A DNA stretch of 63,689 nt, filler included, from Octopus bimaculoides (Eukaryota), in assembly GCF_001194135.2 (NCBI RefSeq). It is 7 parts of 5 records of this genome, joined end to end, with 100 filler letters (N's around TTAATTAATTAA, not from the genome) between each part and the next. Parts side by side here need not be neighbours in the genome. Positions count along the whole stretch, not along the records: positions 29,820 to 47,660 come from NC_069002.1; positions 47,761 to 55,714 come from NC_068981.1; 5 more parts are not named here. One strand, given 5' to 3'. How positions within the stretch are numbered: position 1 is the first letter of the stretch; every line of letters begins with the position of its first letter. This document shows positions 38,252 to 52,300 of this stretch, piece after piece. Under the pieces are notes generated by a model. That model saw only the letters and a program-made list of their open reading frames with translations, was not told the origin of the DNA and ran no database searches. A program made the translations under genes and the position numbers.

Positions 38252-39357
38252 CTTCAGGAAGAAAGAAAAACAAGCATATCCAATTAAAAGTTTAATTCTT
38301 GCACTACCAAGGAGCACAATTTAACACTCACAGTAACTGATATTTTCATAATTAATTAATCAATCAATCAATCACAGTATCAATTAAGCCATCAGGTGCT
38401 GTTATACACTGCTGAGCACAATGCGCTTCCAGGTTTGTCTTGTTTGCACCATTCTTTTCCATCTTGATCCAAATTATCTTCCTATTGCTACAGAGGCCTT
38501 AAAAGTGGTCCTTTTCTAATCTCTTGGACACCACTTGGCCACTACATGGGTCCACCTGTTGTCTGTGAACCTTGTGACATCCGGATGCATGGGATTGAAC
38601 ACAAAATCATGTGGCGAGGAAGCAAACTTCTTAACTCTCAGGAACTGCACAATTATGAGAACATTGTTAAATATTGCAATACACCAACTTCAACCCCTTT
38701 TTTTAAAGATGAGAATAAAAATACTATCTAAATTGGATTTTATATACTGATTCTAAAACCAAGGTGCCACATAATAAGCATTAATGTGGATGCCGGTGTC
38801 ACATAAAAAGTACTGGTGCTGATGCCACATGCAAAGCACCCAGTACACTGTAAAATGGTCGGCATTAAAGGACCTCCAGCTGTAGAAACCAAACCAAACT
38901 ATGGAACCTGGTGTGGCCCACTGGCCTTGCCAATTCCTGTCAAGCTGTCCAAACTATGTCAGCATGCAAAATGGATGTTAAATGTTGATGATGATATTCA
39001 GATGGAGTGGTTGTGTGGTTAAGAAGTTTACTTCCCAACCACATGGTTTCAGGTTCAGTCTTATTTCGCAGCACCTCAGGCAATCATTGACCAAAGCTTT
39101 CTAAGTGGGTTTGATAGAAAGAAACAGAAGGAAACCTTTGTGTGTGTGTGTTGTCTTCACATGGCATGATAGTTGTAAACGAGTGCCACCATTATGCAAG
39201 CAGTGTGATTCAATTCTTGAGACACACACACACACACACACACACACAGGCTTCCTTCAGTTTCTTTCTATCAAGGCTTTGGTCAACAGTTACCCAAGAG
39301 GCTGCAAAATGAGAGAGGTGGGGAGCACAGGCAGGCAGAGAAGCAATAACGACATAC

Positions 39358-39458
39358 CTCAATAATACAAACATCAGGTTCTGCTTTGTCTTCACTGACA
39401 GGAATTTTGGCAACTCTTTCAACCCATTCTTGGATGGCATCTGTTATGTGGGGGACAA
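39358..39458 (-). CDS. CTPS: CTP synthase exon ([34 protein letters not shown])
   Basis: 101 bp, tttcAG|...|GTATGT, phase 1 to phase 0. Confidence 0.98.
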
Positions 39459-40462
39459 CTGAAAGAGTAAGACAGAATTCACAGACTTAAGAAGACCAGT
39501 TGTTGGGGGAAAAACAGAAAAGGGAGTTCAGCAAAATGGTGGCAGAACAAACAAGAGATTCACAAAAGGCAGGACAGAGAAGAATTGGAGAGGGGCATTT
39601 AGTTGATAGCATCAATTGAAGTGCTTGAGAACTTGACTGGTCTTTTTATCTATTAACCCCAGAAGGATAAAGACGTGAAATTAAACTTGAACTAAGAACA
39701 AGTTTGAACATAAAACACAGAATATTTTGACCAGATATGGCTGGTCAAGTGTTATGCTTATCCATGTTGTTTTGAATTAATCATGCATTATCTCAATGCT
39801 TTGAGATTTCAATGATGTGATTGTTTAGGATTTGAATGACATTGTCAAGTAGGTGTGAAAGGTCAGATCTGGCCAGTTTGAGATAGAATATTTGAGCTGG
39901 ATGTGGCCTGTTAAATGATCTATCAGATATGTCTGCCATATGATGTGACTCAGTATAAACTTGTCTTCAGATATCAGAATACGTTCACTAATCAAGTCAT
40001 CATTGTAACATCATGTAGTAGAAATATTGATAAAAAAAAGTACAAGGGAATTTTAAGTGCAAGTCTGTCAACACAATGCAACACAGCTTTAAAAAAAAAA
40101 CCATTATACAATATAGTTTATTGTTTTGGTCATTTGTGTATGGTGTGCATGTGTCTTTCAACATAGAGATAAGGTAACACAAGCTTTAAAAAAAGACTTT
40201 CACAATAATTACAAGGGGTCGCAATTGTAGCTGAAAGAAAAATTACAAAAGAGATAGAGAGTGTGGGTGTATGTGTGTGTGTGAAAGATAGGTAGTGTTG
40301 TCGCCATAGTAAGTATTAACACTTTCACTATATATAACAGTCTATTAAAAGAATGTACATGCATGAATAACAAATATTTTTTACTGGCAGTGTAGCAACA
40401 GGTAAAGACCCAAGTTGCCATTTCAATTGCATACATTGATTAAACCATCAAACAGTTCCTAC

Positions 40463-40633
40463 CTTGCACAGTTTTTCCTAAATAATCTCCAGTTCGTTCT
40501 CTGTTTATAACTTGTTGGTATATCTTTCCAGTTGTTATGTTGTTGTCTCTGTGAAGGGTAATGTTAAGGAATCGTTCATAGTTGCCCAAGTCAAGATCAA
40601 CCTCACCGCCATCGTCCAAGACAAACACTTCAC
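40463..40633 (-). CDS. CTPS: CTP synthase exon ([57 protein letters not shown]), the most 5' exon resolved
   Basis: 171 bp, tccAG|GT...G|GTAGGA, phase 1 at both ends, diagnostic synthetase-domain sequence. Confidence 0.99.
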
Positions 40634-42073
40634 CTGGATTAAGAAGAGACAGAGAATTAAGAAAGGTCATTATGGCATTGTTGCATTTATTGTGTTCTGT
40701 GAAATGTGAAGAAACAGATGCCGTTATTCAGATACAAGACAACTGTTTGGTGCTTACTTGCTTTCAAAGAAAACAATTCAAACCTATGTCATATATTAGG
40801 GAGAATTCACAAAAAAACAAAAGACGAAGACAGGTGGTGTAGAAAACAAACAGATGTATTAGTATAACGCTCGGGAATTGAAAAAGTCTTTGTTTCGAGC
40901 CTACGTTCTTCCACAGAAAGGAACACAGAAAGAAACAAGGAGAGAAACAAACAGAAAAACGTGTGTAGTGGTTAGTGATCTATTATGGCAATNNNNNNNN
41001 NNNNNNNNNNNNNNNNNNNNNNNNNNNNNNNNNNNNNNNNNNNNNNNNNNNNNNNNNNNNNNNNNNNNNNNNNNNNNNNNNNNNNNNNNNNNNNNNNNNN
41101 NNNNNNNNNNNNNNNNNNNNNNNNNNNNNNNNNNNNNNNNNNNNNNNNNNNNNNNNNNNNNNNNNNNNNNNNNNNNNNNNNNNNNNNNNNNNNNNNNNNN
41201 NNNNNNNNNNNNNNNNNNNNNNNNNNNNNNNNNNNNNNNNNNNNNNNNNNNNNNNNNNNNNNNNNNNNNNNNNNNNNNNNNNNNNNNNNNNNNNNNNNNN
41301 NNNNNNNNNNNNNNNNNNNNNNNNNNNNNNNNNNNNNNNNNNNNNNNNNNNNNNNNNNNNNNNNNNNNNNNNNNNNNNNNNNNNNNNNNNNNNNNNNNNN
41401 NNNNNNNNNNNNNNNNNNNNNNNNNNNNNNNNNNNNNNNNNNNNNNNNNNNNNNNNNNNNNNNNNNNNNNNNNNNNNNNNNNNNNNNNNNNNNNNNNNNN
41501 NNNNNNNNNNNNNNNNNNNNNNNNNNNNNNNNNNNNNNNNNNNNNNNNNNNNNNNNNNNNNNNNNNNNNNNNNNNNNNNNNNNNNNNNNNNNNNNNNNNN
41601 NNNNNNNNNNNNNNNNNNNNNNNNNNNNNNNNNNNNNNNNNNNNNNNNNNNNNNNNNNNNNNNNNNNNNNNNNNNNNNNNNNNNNNNNNNNNNNNNNNNN
41701 NNNNNNNNNNNNNNNNNNNNNNNNNNNNNNNNNNNNNNNNNNNNNNNNNNNNNNNNNNNNNNNNNNNNNNNNNNNNNNNNNNNNNNNNNNNNNNNNNNNN
41801 NNNNNNNNNNNNNNNNNNNNNNNNNNNNNNNNNNNNNNNNNNNNNNNNNNNNNNNNNNNNNNNNNNNNNNNNNNNNNNNNNNNNNNNNNNNNNNNNNNNN
41901 NNNNNNNNNNNNNNNNNNNNNNNNNNNNNNNNNNNNNNNNNNNNNNNNNNNNNNNNNNNNNNNNNNNNNNTATACACACACATATATACACACACACATA
42001 TATACACACACATATATATACACACACACATATATATACACACACACATATATATACACACACACATATATAT

Positions 42074-42104
<31 letters not shown>

Positions 42105-44754
42105 TACATATACACACACACATACATACACACACACACATACATACACACACATACACACACACATATACATACACACACACACACACATACACACACA
42201 CATATATATACGTATTTGCATTCCCCATCTATACATGCACCTACATGTGCATACACACACAAATATACATTTCCAGTGATTGGAAATGAAAGACTGCTTG
42301 CATAACAGTGGCACTTATTTGCATCTATGAAACGTCAAGACAAGGTGGCACACGTACAAACACTCATGCAGAGAAAAATAAGCTTCTACAAATTCCATCT
42401 CTCAAATCCTATCACAAGGCTTTGGTTAGCCCAGGGCTAAATAGTAGAAGACACTTGCCCAAGGTGCCATACAGCGAGACTGAACCCCGAGTCATGTCGC
42501 TGAGAAGGAAGCTGTTTCTTGCACATGTACAAATATTATCCACAATAGACATTTTTCTCATCATCATCATTTAACGTCCATTTTCCATATTGGCGTGGCC
42601 TGGAACTGTCTGTTTTAGCATGGTTTCTACAGCTGAATGTCTTTCCTAATGCCAACCACATCATAGAGTGTACCATAAGGCAGGAAGCTGGTAGAATCAT
42701 TAACACACTGAGCAAAATGCTTAGCAGCATTTCATCTGCCGCTAACCTTCAGAGTTCAAATTCCGCCACTGCCTTTCGTCTTTTTAGGGTCAATAAATTA
42801 AGTACCAGTTGCATACTGGGGTCAATGTAATCAACTACTCCCTCCCTCAAATTTCAGGCCTTGTGCCTATAATAGAAAGGATTATTGCATGCACCAGGTG
42901 CTTTTTACGTGGCACCATCACTTTATATCTTTTTTTCTAAAAAAAAAAGATGTAATATACACCAAAAGACCAACACTAATCCATTTAAAAAATTAATTTG
43001 ATGGTTTTTCTCATTTAAGATCTTGGGATATTCCAAATTTGAAATAAATCAATTGCTCGCTCTCTCTATCTCCTATAGACACAAGGCCAGAAACTGAAGA
43101 AAGGGGCTATATGATTGAATTGACTCCAGTACTTAACTGATAATTTATTGACCTCCAAAAGGATGAGACGCAAAGCTGATCTCAGCAAAATTTGAACTCA
43201 AAATAGAAAGAGTCAGAAAAATTGACACAAAGAATTTTGTCCAGTACACTAACAATCCGGCTTATTCATTAGCTTCATTAATTAATAATGAAATTCATGA
43301 CCTACACCATTCTAAGAAGAAAGAAAAAAAAAAGAAAAAAAGAGTGGCCATGTGGTAAGAAGCTTGCTTCCCAACCACATGGTTCTGAGTTCAGTCCCAC
43401 TGCATGGCACCTTGGGCAAGTGTCTTCTATTATAGCCTCAAGCCGATCAAAGCCTTGTGAGTGGATGTGGTAGACGGAAACTGAATAAAGCTAATCATAG
43501 ATGTATGTACATCGCAGATTATGGATAATTGCGAAAGGTTTTTTTTAATTGGTTAACAAATTTCCATGGCAACCTAACAGAAAGGCCAATAAAATAGGTG
43601 AAATGACAAGATATCGTTGAAATTAATGAGCATTGACCTCTTTATCTTATCAGTTGTCATGAGTCATTTTGCAATCAGAGCTTAAACCCTTTTCAAACCC
43701 ATCTGAACGAGACCACCTTTGGTTCTATAACACAAACTTCCTGCTTTAACCCTTGAGTTTTTAAACCAGTCGTATCAAGCTAATATATTATCTGTTTTAG
43801 GTTCAAACTGGCCAGATCCAACCTCTCACACCTATTCTACAATGCCATTCTAAAAATATACAATCACGTCATTTGAAATCTCAAAGCTATGAGATAATGC
43901 CCGATTAATTCAAAATGATATGAATAAATAAGTATTACATTTGGCAGGGTAACCTGAATGCTAAAGGATTAAACTAGCCATATCTAGCCCAGATGTTCTG
44001 GTTTTATGTTCAAATTGGCCAAATTTGGCCTTTCACACCTACCCTACAATGTCATTCTAAAAATGAACAAATGAATCATTAAATCTTGAAGCTATGAGAT
44101 ATTTGCAACCAGTCCACACTATGAAGTGGTTGCCATTTAGAAGGGCATCCAGCTGTAAAAACCACGCCAAAACTGACCTCATTTGTGCTGGTGCCATGTA
44201 AAAAGGTCTCAGTCCACCCAGCCGTAAAATCCACGCCAAAACAGACACAGCAGCCTGGGACGGTCTTTTACCTGGCAGGCGGCTCCTGTTAAACCATCCA
44301 ACCCATGCCAGCATGGAAGATGGACATTAAATGATTATGATATACGGTATATAAAACTAGTTTTTGAACATTGAATGGCTTTCAGGATCTGTGAGGGCCA
44401 AGTGGTAAGTAGAGAGAGCCAAAGATAAAAAATGGGTGGGTAGTAGGGGTTTAATTGATGAAATAAATACATTCATCTTTGTTCTAAGCTGAAGGTCTGA
44501 CAAGCTAGTGACGACCCCTTCCAAACTGATCTGGGTCTCATTCAATCGTGCTTGCCCATTTGGCCCTGCGATATATCCCTGGCTACCATAATCAATCTTG
44601 TAAGTTCATCTATGTTACAACTACATTAGTGTTGAGATCACGTGAGGTTGCTACCCTTGAGTTCAACAAGTATCACTTGATTACATCTTTGAAGGGTAAA
44701 ATGTAAACTACAATAAGTGATAAACATGAACGAATAAAACGTAAAATATGTATG

Positions 44755-44787
<33 letters not shown>

Positions 44788-45307
44788 CGAGAAAGAGAGA
44801 GATGGGGCGGGGAAACAAAAACAAATTGAATGGGCATTGAAATAGTGAAGTGTCTTGAACAACAAAGGAAATGAAGTACTTAAAAAGAAAATGGAACAAA
44901 GGTAAATAAATAAAATACAAAAATAAAACAAAAAAATGTATCTTTACAAAATAAAAGCCAGAACTTGAAGTAGATAAAGCAATGGATTAAAATTCCCTTG
45001 GAAAAAGTCAAAGGCATTCTCATGAGAATCTTCGNNNNNNNNNNNNNNNNNNNNNNNNNNNNNNNNNNNNNNNNNNNNNNNNNNNNNNNNNNNNNNNNNN
45101 NNNNNNNNNNNNNNNNNNNNNNNNNNNNNNNNNNNNNNNNNNNNNNNNNNNNNNNNNNNNNNNNNNNNNNNNNNNNNNNNNNNNNNNNNNNNNNNNNNNN
45201 NNNNNNNNNNNNNNNNNNNNNNNNNNNNNNNNNNNNNNNNNNNNNNNNNNNNNNNNNNNNNNNNNNNNNNNNNNNNNNNNNNNNNNNNNNNNNNNNNNNN
45301 NNNNNNN

Positions 45308-45335
45308 ACTGGACCACCAGGTTGGGAACCACTGC
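45308..45335. mobile_element. Right end of a hAT/Charlie-type MITE next to a gap
   Basis: ...CAGGTTGGGAACCACTG, the reverse complement of a CAGTGGTTCCCAAC-type TIR. Confidence 0.5.
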
Positions 45336-47760
45336 ACTAGATTAATAAGGACAAAGTTATTTCAATAATTCTTCATTATTTTCAAAATTAATTGAAACAA
45401 GGACACAGTTTTTCAACAGAAATATGGTAACAAACGGGTTAAAATGGGACATTTGAGTCCTAAACCAGAGGTAGTCTCAAGCAGGTTAGTAAACAGGACA
45501 GTTTAACCCAATATTCCACAAGCTATTATACGTTTACCTACTTCAAAACTCCAATTTATTTTCATATCTCTTAAATTGTTTGTCATTAGAATTTAGAAAC
45601 CTATCTTCAAGCCTATTCTTCTTTGTTCCCTGTTGTTTGGTGCCTTAAATGCTTTTGTTAGTAATTTCAATGGCTGTCTGTATTTTTCTCCTGTTATCAA
45701 TAAACAGCCATGCTTATCACCAATGTCACTAAATATCAAACATTCTTATCTGGTCTTCAGAGATACGATTAGTAATATTTACAAAACTTAAACATTACAC
45801 TGTACTACGCCAAGGTACAGGGACATAAACACACCAACACCAGTTGTCAGGTAGTAATGGGGAGATAAACAGAGACACAAAGACAGACACACACACACAC
45901 ATAGATATATATGTATTTATGTATGATGGGCTTCTTTCAGTTTCCATCTACCATATCCACTCACAAGGCTCTAATCGGCCTGAAGCTAGAGTAGAAGACA
46001 CTTGCCCAAGGTGCCACACAATAGGACTGAACCCGGAACCGTGTGGTTGGGAAGCAAACTTTTTACTACACAGTCATGCCTGTACCATTTGCAAACATTT
46101 TTTCTGCAAGTTAACCCTTTAGCATTTAAACCAACCATATCCTGCCCAAATATTCTCCCCGTTTTATACTCAAATCAGCTAGATCCCATCTCTCACACCT
46201 ATCCTACAATGCCATTCTAAAAATATCCAATCATATTAAAAAAATAATCAGAATGGCAATTGCTTGTTATTCAGGGATGGAATAAATCCACATTTCAAAT
46301 ATTCACGAGTACTGACAGCACTTTTTTTTCCCACTCGTTCTAAATTTTTAAAAGGATAACAGACAACAATCGTATATAATTGTATATAATTACATCACTA
46401 AACAAAATGGACATAAAAATATACAAAAACAAGACTACATATCTAAAAAATACTATTTAAACCAAAAATATAACATTAAAAATTAATTATTCTTGTTCAA
46501 CCATGTTTTTAACTGCAATATTTACTTATCTTTCATTCGTTACCAGAGCAGCTGTCTGGCTTCCGTGCCGGTGGCACATAAATAGCATCATTTGAGCGTG
46601 ATCATTACCAACGTCGGCTTCCTGGCACTTGTGCCAGTGGCACAGGAAAAGATATTCGAGCGAGATCATTGCCAAGCGGACGTTAAACAATGATGATCTT
46701 TTATTAGTTTTACTGTGTATAATATTATCACTACTATAGGTAAAATTTAGTGTGTTATGAGACTTCACTACCCCCCACTAAAGCCTCATGACACCCCATT
46801 CCCCCTTTGCAGTAGAGAGAGGAACTTCTGTCTTAGACGAAGAGTAAAATGTGATTCAAGAAAATCCATAAAGGTTACATAATTAAACAGTAGTTATGTA
46901 CACAAATACTCACACACACAAATACACACATCTGCACATACACCAAAACACACGGGCACACACAAATTCACACCGACACCAACACATACATGTGCACACA
47001 TCCATTCACACATACACCAATACACCACCAAAGCACGTGCACACAAATATATGCATACACAACACACACACAAACAAACATAAAAACCAAAAGATCAGAT
47101 AAAGTTACTACACACACACACACACACACACAGAGGTTACAAAAATGCTGCTACATACACAGACACCTGCGCACAAATACACACAAACACATGCATTATA
47201 TACACACACACACACACACAATAACAAACTTGATCACTACAACAGCTGTTTGATAACCCATGTTATTTGTGCCTCCTCCTCCTCCTCCCACAACCACCTT
47301 ATCTTGCTAACCATTTCATCGATCACGATATCTTGTTGTTTTTCTTTTTTCCAGTTTACTTGTCCCAGCCTTCAGACTGCGGCCATGCTGGGGCACTGCC
47401 TTGCACAATTTTTAGTCACACAAATCAATTTCAGTACTTGTTTTTTTCAAGTCTGGGGCATATTTTGTCTCTTTTTGTACAATTATATTACAATTATACA
47501 GCAATTATAAACAGCTATTATATATAGACCAATATTTATACACAACCATTATATATTACATCTGATATTATATATATATATATATATATATACATACATA
47601 CATACACAAACATTATATATTACATCTATGTTTGTGTATATATATATATATATATATATANNNNNNNNNNNNNNNNNNNNNNNNNNNNNNNNNNNNNNNN
47701 NNNNTTAATTAATTAANNNNNNNNNNNNNNNNNNNNNNNNNNNNNNNNNNNNNNNNNNNN

Positions 47761-48072
47761 AGTACCGCCTGACTGGCTCCCGTAGGATTTTCGAGCGAGA
47801 TCGTTGCCAGTGCCCCTGGACTGGCTTGTGCGGGTGGCACATAAAAGACACCATTTCGAGCGTGGCCGTTTTCGTGCGGGTGACACGTAAAAGCACCCAC
47901 TACACTCTCTGAGTGGTTGGCGTTAGGAAGGGCATCCAGCTGTAGAAACTCTGCCAAATTAGACTGGAGCCTGGTGTTGCCATCCGGTTTCACCAGTCCT
48001 CAGTCAAATCGTCCAACCCATGCTAGCATGGAAAGCGGACGTTAAACGATGATGATGATGATGATGATGATG
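47761..48072 (+). mobile_element. Family D non-autonomous retroelement 3' part with (GAT)n tail (RTE-type tail, inferred)
   Basis: Ends ...CCAACCCATGCTAGCATGGAAAGCGGACGTTAAAC(GAT)n. Related copies at 33370-33540(-), 38030-38078, 38790-39000, 42562-42680(-), 44100-44340, 46540-46700, 51890-52180 and 55346-55520(-). Confidence 0.8.
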
Positions 48073-48330
48073 TTTAGCCCCTTGTGGGCAATAAGGTAAT
48101 AAGAAACTGTACAGAAGCTCAGTGGGTGAATCTAATTGGTGGGTTTGCATACCTGTAACTAAACGTTTCAGCAAAAGAGACCAACAGTACCAGGCTTTAA
48201 AAAAATTAAGTACTGTGAGTTGATTTGTTCGACTAAAATTCGAGGCAGTGCCCAAGCATGGCCACTGTCTAATGACTGAACCAAGTAAAAGATATGTCTA
48301 TGGATATCTCTGTCAGGTGGTGGAGATCCA

Positions 48331-48371
<41 letters not shown>

Positions 48372-48996
48372 TAAAAAAAATGTGTTTATTTGGGAAGTCT
48401 AGTGTGAGGTATTATTCTGTAGTAATGCCCTTATATAAATATATATATATATGCATATATATTAACACACACTCATGCACGCATGCGCACACATTTACAA
48501 GTATATATCTGAATCATAGATCAAACTGAACAGGACTCCAGGGGATATTCACTATATTATATGTAGATGTAGAGTTGACATTTTATTAACCAAGTCAATC
48601 CTTACAACAGTACAATACATTCTTCTATTTCTTTAAATACCAAACTCACTGCAACTTGGGATATATTTGTATGTGAACAAACAGTGGTAGGTTAAGAGCT
48701 GGTTGCCATTTGAAGGATTGTTCTTAGCAGTGAGAATAAGTAGTAATGAAATGGGTGAAGATTGAAGTAAAGAATCAGGGAAGATGGTAGTAGGTTTAAA
48801 CTATGGTAGTAGGTTTAAACTTTAGTAGTTGGCTGAATTTGGTAACTTGAAGGAACCTTGCAAACTGAACAGTTACAAGTTAGACTGTTGAGTTAGGGTT
48901 AATTTTAGACATATGTGGAACCAGTTATGCATATTTAGCTTTAACAATCACAAAGATAAAAGAAAGTAAGAATCAATAATAATAATAACAATAATA

Positions 48997-49362
48997 ACAA
49001 GAGCATTCAGAGAATGCAAACCTCCACCAAAGCAACACCAGCATCCTCTCAATGATTAGCCAGAGATGATTCTTAAAATGAGAATATCTGAAATAAATTT
49101 GACTGCTCTCAGAAACGAGAATACTAAAAATGAACCCGACCGCTCTCAAAAATTAAGTAAAAAAACAGGAAAGATAATCCAGAATCCTTGTTCGCTACCG
49201 GATCAATCCCAAAATCTAGCCAATTCACGCCAGTCACAAGGCCAAACATCCGTGAAAGTTTCATCCAAATCTATCTAGCAGTTCTTGAGATATCTTGTCC
49301 ATGGACAAACAAACAAACACAACTGAAAACAATACCTCTGCTTTTGCTAAGGTGGAGGTAAT
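48997..49362 (+). mobile_element. HINE/Helentron-like non-autonomous element
   Basis: 5' ACAAGAGC...AACCTCCACC subterminal motif, internal (ACAA)n, and 3' imperfect hairpin ACCTCTGC...GGTGGAGGT in a TAA-rich site. Confidence 0.55.
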
Positions 49363-52300
49363 AGTAATAATAATACCAATAATATTAACTACAATTATAA
49401 TTCTAATACAAGAACAAGGCCTGAAATTTAAGGGAGGGGAATAGCTGCTTAACCACAATGAGTTTAGCAACAAAGCACCTCACAATTACAATCACTACTG
49501 GAAATGTTTCATCAATTTTAGCGAATGACAACTAAAAAGTACCCACAATTCCATCAAAGCCATAGAACTTGCAGAGAGTAACTTGAACTTTACAATTTAC
49601 TACCAAATCTCCACCTATTTTTCTGTTTAGTGGCACAAATAGACTCTGGGATCACTTCAAGATTTTTCCTATCTTTTCCGTTAAATTCCCTGATTTCTTG
49701 AACAAGGGTACCAAGAACTGTTTAATATGCTTTCACAAGTCAGACTTCTTCCAAGCTGGTCTATTGTTACTGACACAGAACTATACCCTAAACCCAGCTG
49801 GACTTTTTATTTATTTTTTTTTTTGTTTTTGGTAATTTGGTAATTTGTTTTTGGTAACTTGAATCTGAACATTTTTTTCTGCTGGTCTGTTGAATTACAC
49901 TGATATATAACTGACTTCTTTCTCAGTCTTCAGTTAATTAAGTCACTTCAGCATCATCTCATTAAGGCTCTCATAAATCAGAGCTTGCATGTTGAAAGAC
50001 ATTTCATCCAGTAGTTATCTTCATGGAAACTGGTTTGCAATTTCAAAGCAAAGAAGAGACACAAACAGTATCGCTGCATCTCCACTGGATCTGGTGGACT
50101 ACCTTCACAAAACTGGATCTGAAATCGTACCAGAGCCATAAACAAATTCCACATTCTCAAAGCAGCGTCTTTCCTGGCTCAGCTTATATCAAAGAGCATT
50201 TTTGTTTTCTTGAACAAGAGGCTCAAAAGCAAAATGCAAAATTTAGGTTCTACGACAATGAATTTGAACTCAGAACTATATTTTTAAGAATTTTACTAAA
50301 TGGATGTTCAGATGATGCAAAAAGGGCAGGGTGTGAACCTGAGACAACTATTGGTAATTATACACACACGCAATTTCAAGGAAACAATGAATTGGTGTTT
50401 TCAGTTTAGCTTTACTATTGCTTCAGTCAATTTATTCTTAGCGTCTTGTCTTTGCAAATTCATATCATTGAGGTTCGGAAACTTCATTTATGCTTCAGAA
50501 AGTCATTTAACTTTACAATGTAAGCAATTATACTGTGTGAACATCAGATTCAGTATTGTCCAGCTGTGTCTGAGGTAGACTAATCATGAATGAAAAAGTA
50601 TTGAAGCATTTATGAAAAGAGATAAATTAATGATAAACGCATAGATAGTCACAAAACCATTTGTGAGGAAAGTACAGTCAATGAAATAAACTTGCATTTA
50701 ACTGATGGCAATTTCATCAAACCAGAAACTTAAGAAAAATTAAATTGCTTCATATCACAAATATTACAGAAATATAGTTATAAATATTTTTTCTTTTCAT
50801 ATTCACATTTGGTTTTTTTATAAGGAATTGTAAATTAAGATTCTATTGGATTAAACTTTTGGAGACTTAGGCAGAATTAATCTTTTTCAGATCATTACCT
50901 TGATCTCAAATTCATCAAAATATCCCATGAAGAAGCCTCTGTGGTCATTCAATCTGCAAGAAAAAGCACTTGAATCTCTCAACTCACACAGAAAGGGAGA
51001 CAATGTGGCCCTAAATACTTCAGCAAGACAATATGGTAATAGCTGGAATGCCTGTCCTTAGATCTGCTCAATTTGGGCTGACCTGGGTCTAAACAAGGAC
51101 CAAAAGACTTCAAACGTTCTAATCTCTAAATTGCTAGAAATATTCAGATGTGAACTAATAAACACCTGATTTATACATTTCTATGTAAAAAGTGCATGAG
51201 ATATAAAAGTTTGAAATATTTAAAACTGCAATTGTAAAGTTCTGTTTTTTTGCTTAATGTTGTCACTTTTAACACCTTTTGCTTTAAATCTAGCAACAAT
51301 GTAAAAAAATATCTTTAAAAAACATTTGAAAAAGTAACAGAAGATAGTTTCTGTTACCTCATGGCCCTGTTTCTCTGTATCATTGCTATCTAGTAGCCCT
51401 CTCCCACCCACTCTATATGTATTCAGGTTTTCACCACTCACTTCCCCTCTGCACTCCTTATCACGCTTTTTTGGCAATATCCTGCCACTTATATTATGAC
51501 CTAACTTCAAGGGTATGCCCTGGCACTGTCACGATCTCTCTCTCTCTCTGATTTTACTTGACCATCCGATTTATATTCTGATCCCTGTCCCTTGTAAGTA
51601 TGCCTGGCACTTTGCCACCATCCTATCCTGCTGTCTCCCACTCTCTCTCTCACCTTCTCCTGCATTTCCCTCTAGTTGGGTAACCATGTATTTACTTGGC
51701 AACAACATACCTGTTTCTGTCTTCATTCCTGATCTCTCTCTCTCTCTCTGGCCAGGTAACCGTGTACCTCCTCTACAGCAAGACACCTGTCTCTGTCTCA
51801 CTATAACCTCTCATCATCTGACACAAGATCACTTCCTCCAATGTCCCTTTCCCCCTCAAAAGATTTCTTTCTTGAAAGTTACTTGGTGACCGTCAGTACA
51901 GGTACCACATAAAAAGCATGCAGTCCACACTGTAAAGTGGTTGGCATTTGGAAGGGCATCCAGCTGTAAAAACCTTGCCAAACCTGACCTTGCCTGTGCT
52001 TGTGCTACTAAAAAGCACAAAGTCCATTCTGATGGGTGGTTGGTGTTAAGAAACGCACCCAGCTGTAAAAGTCCTGCCAAAACAGTCACAGGAGTCTGGT
52101 GCAGGCTTCTGCCTGACCAGTTCCTATCAAACTGTCCCACCCATACCAGCATGGAAGGCAGACGTTAAATGATGATGATGATTTGCACAGTAACAAATGA
52201 AGATTAAGACAACTAAAAGAAATCTATGAAATTCTTTTACAAAGAAAATATCAGGTTTAATGTCTCAAAGAATAAGATCATCAATTCCAAAATTTGATCA

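Noticed and set aside
44357-44600. 80-codon open frame (KIDYGSQGYIAGPNG..) as the missing CTPS or UCK exon
   Set aside because: No similarity to either expected peptide beyond KID, a weak donor, and all three phases of the plus-strand pseudo-exon contain stops.
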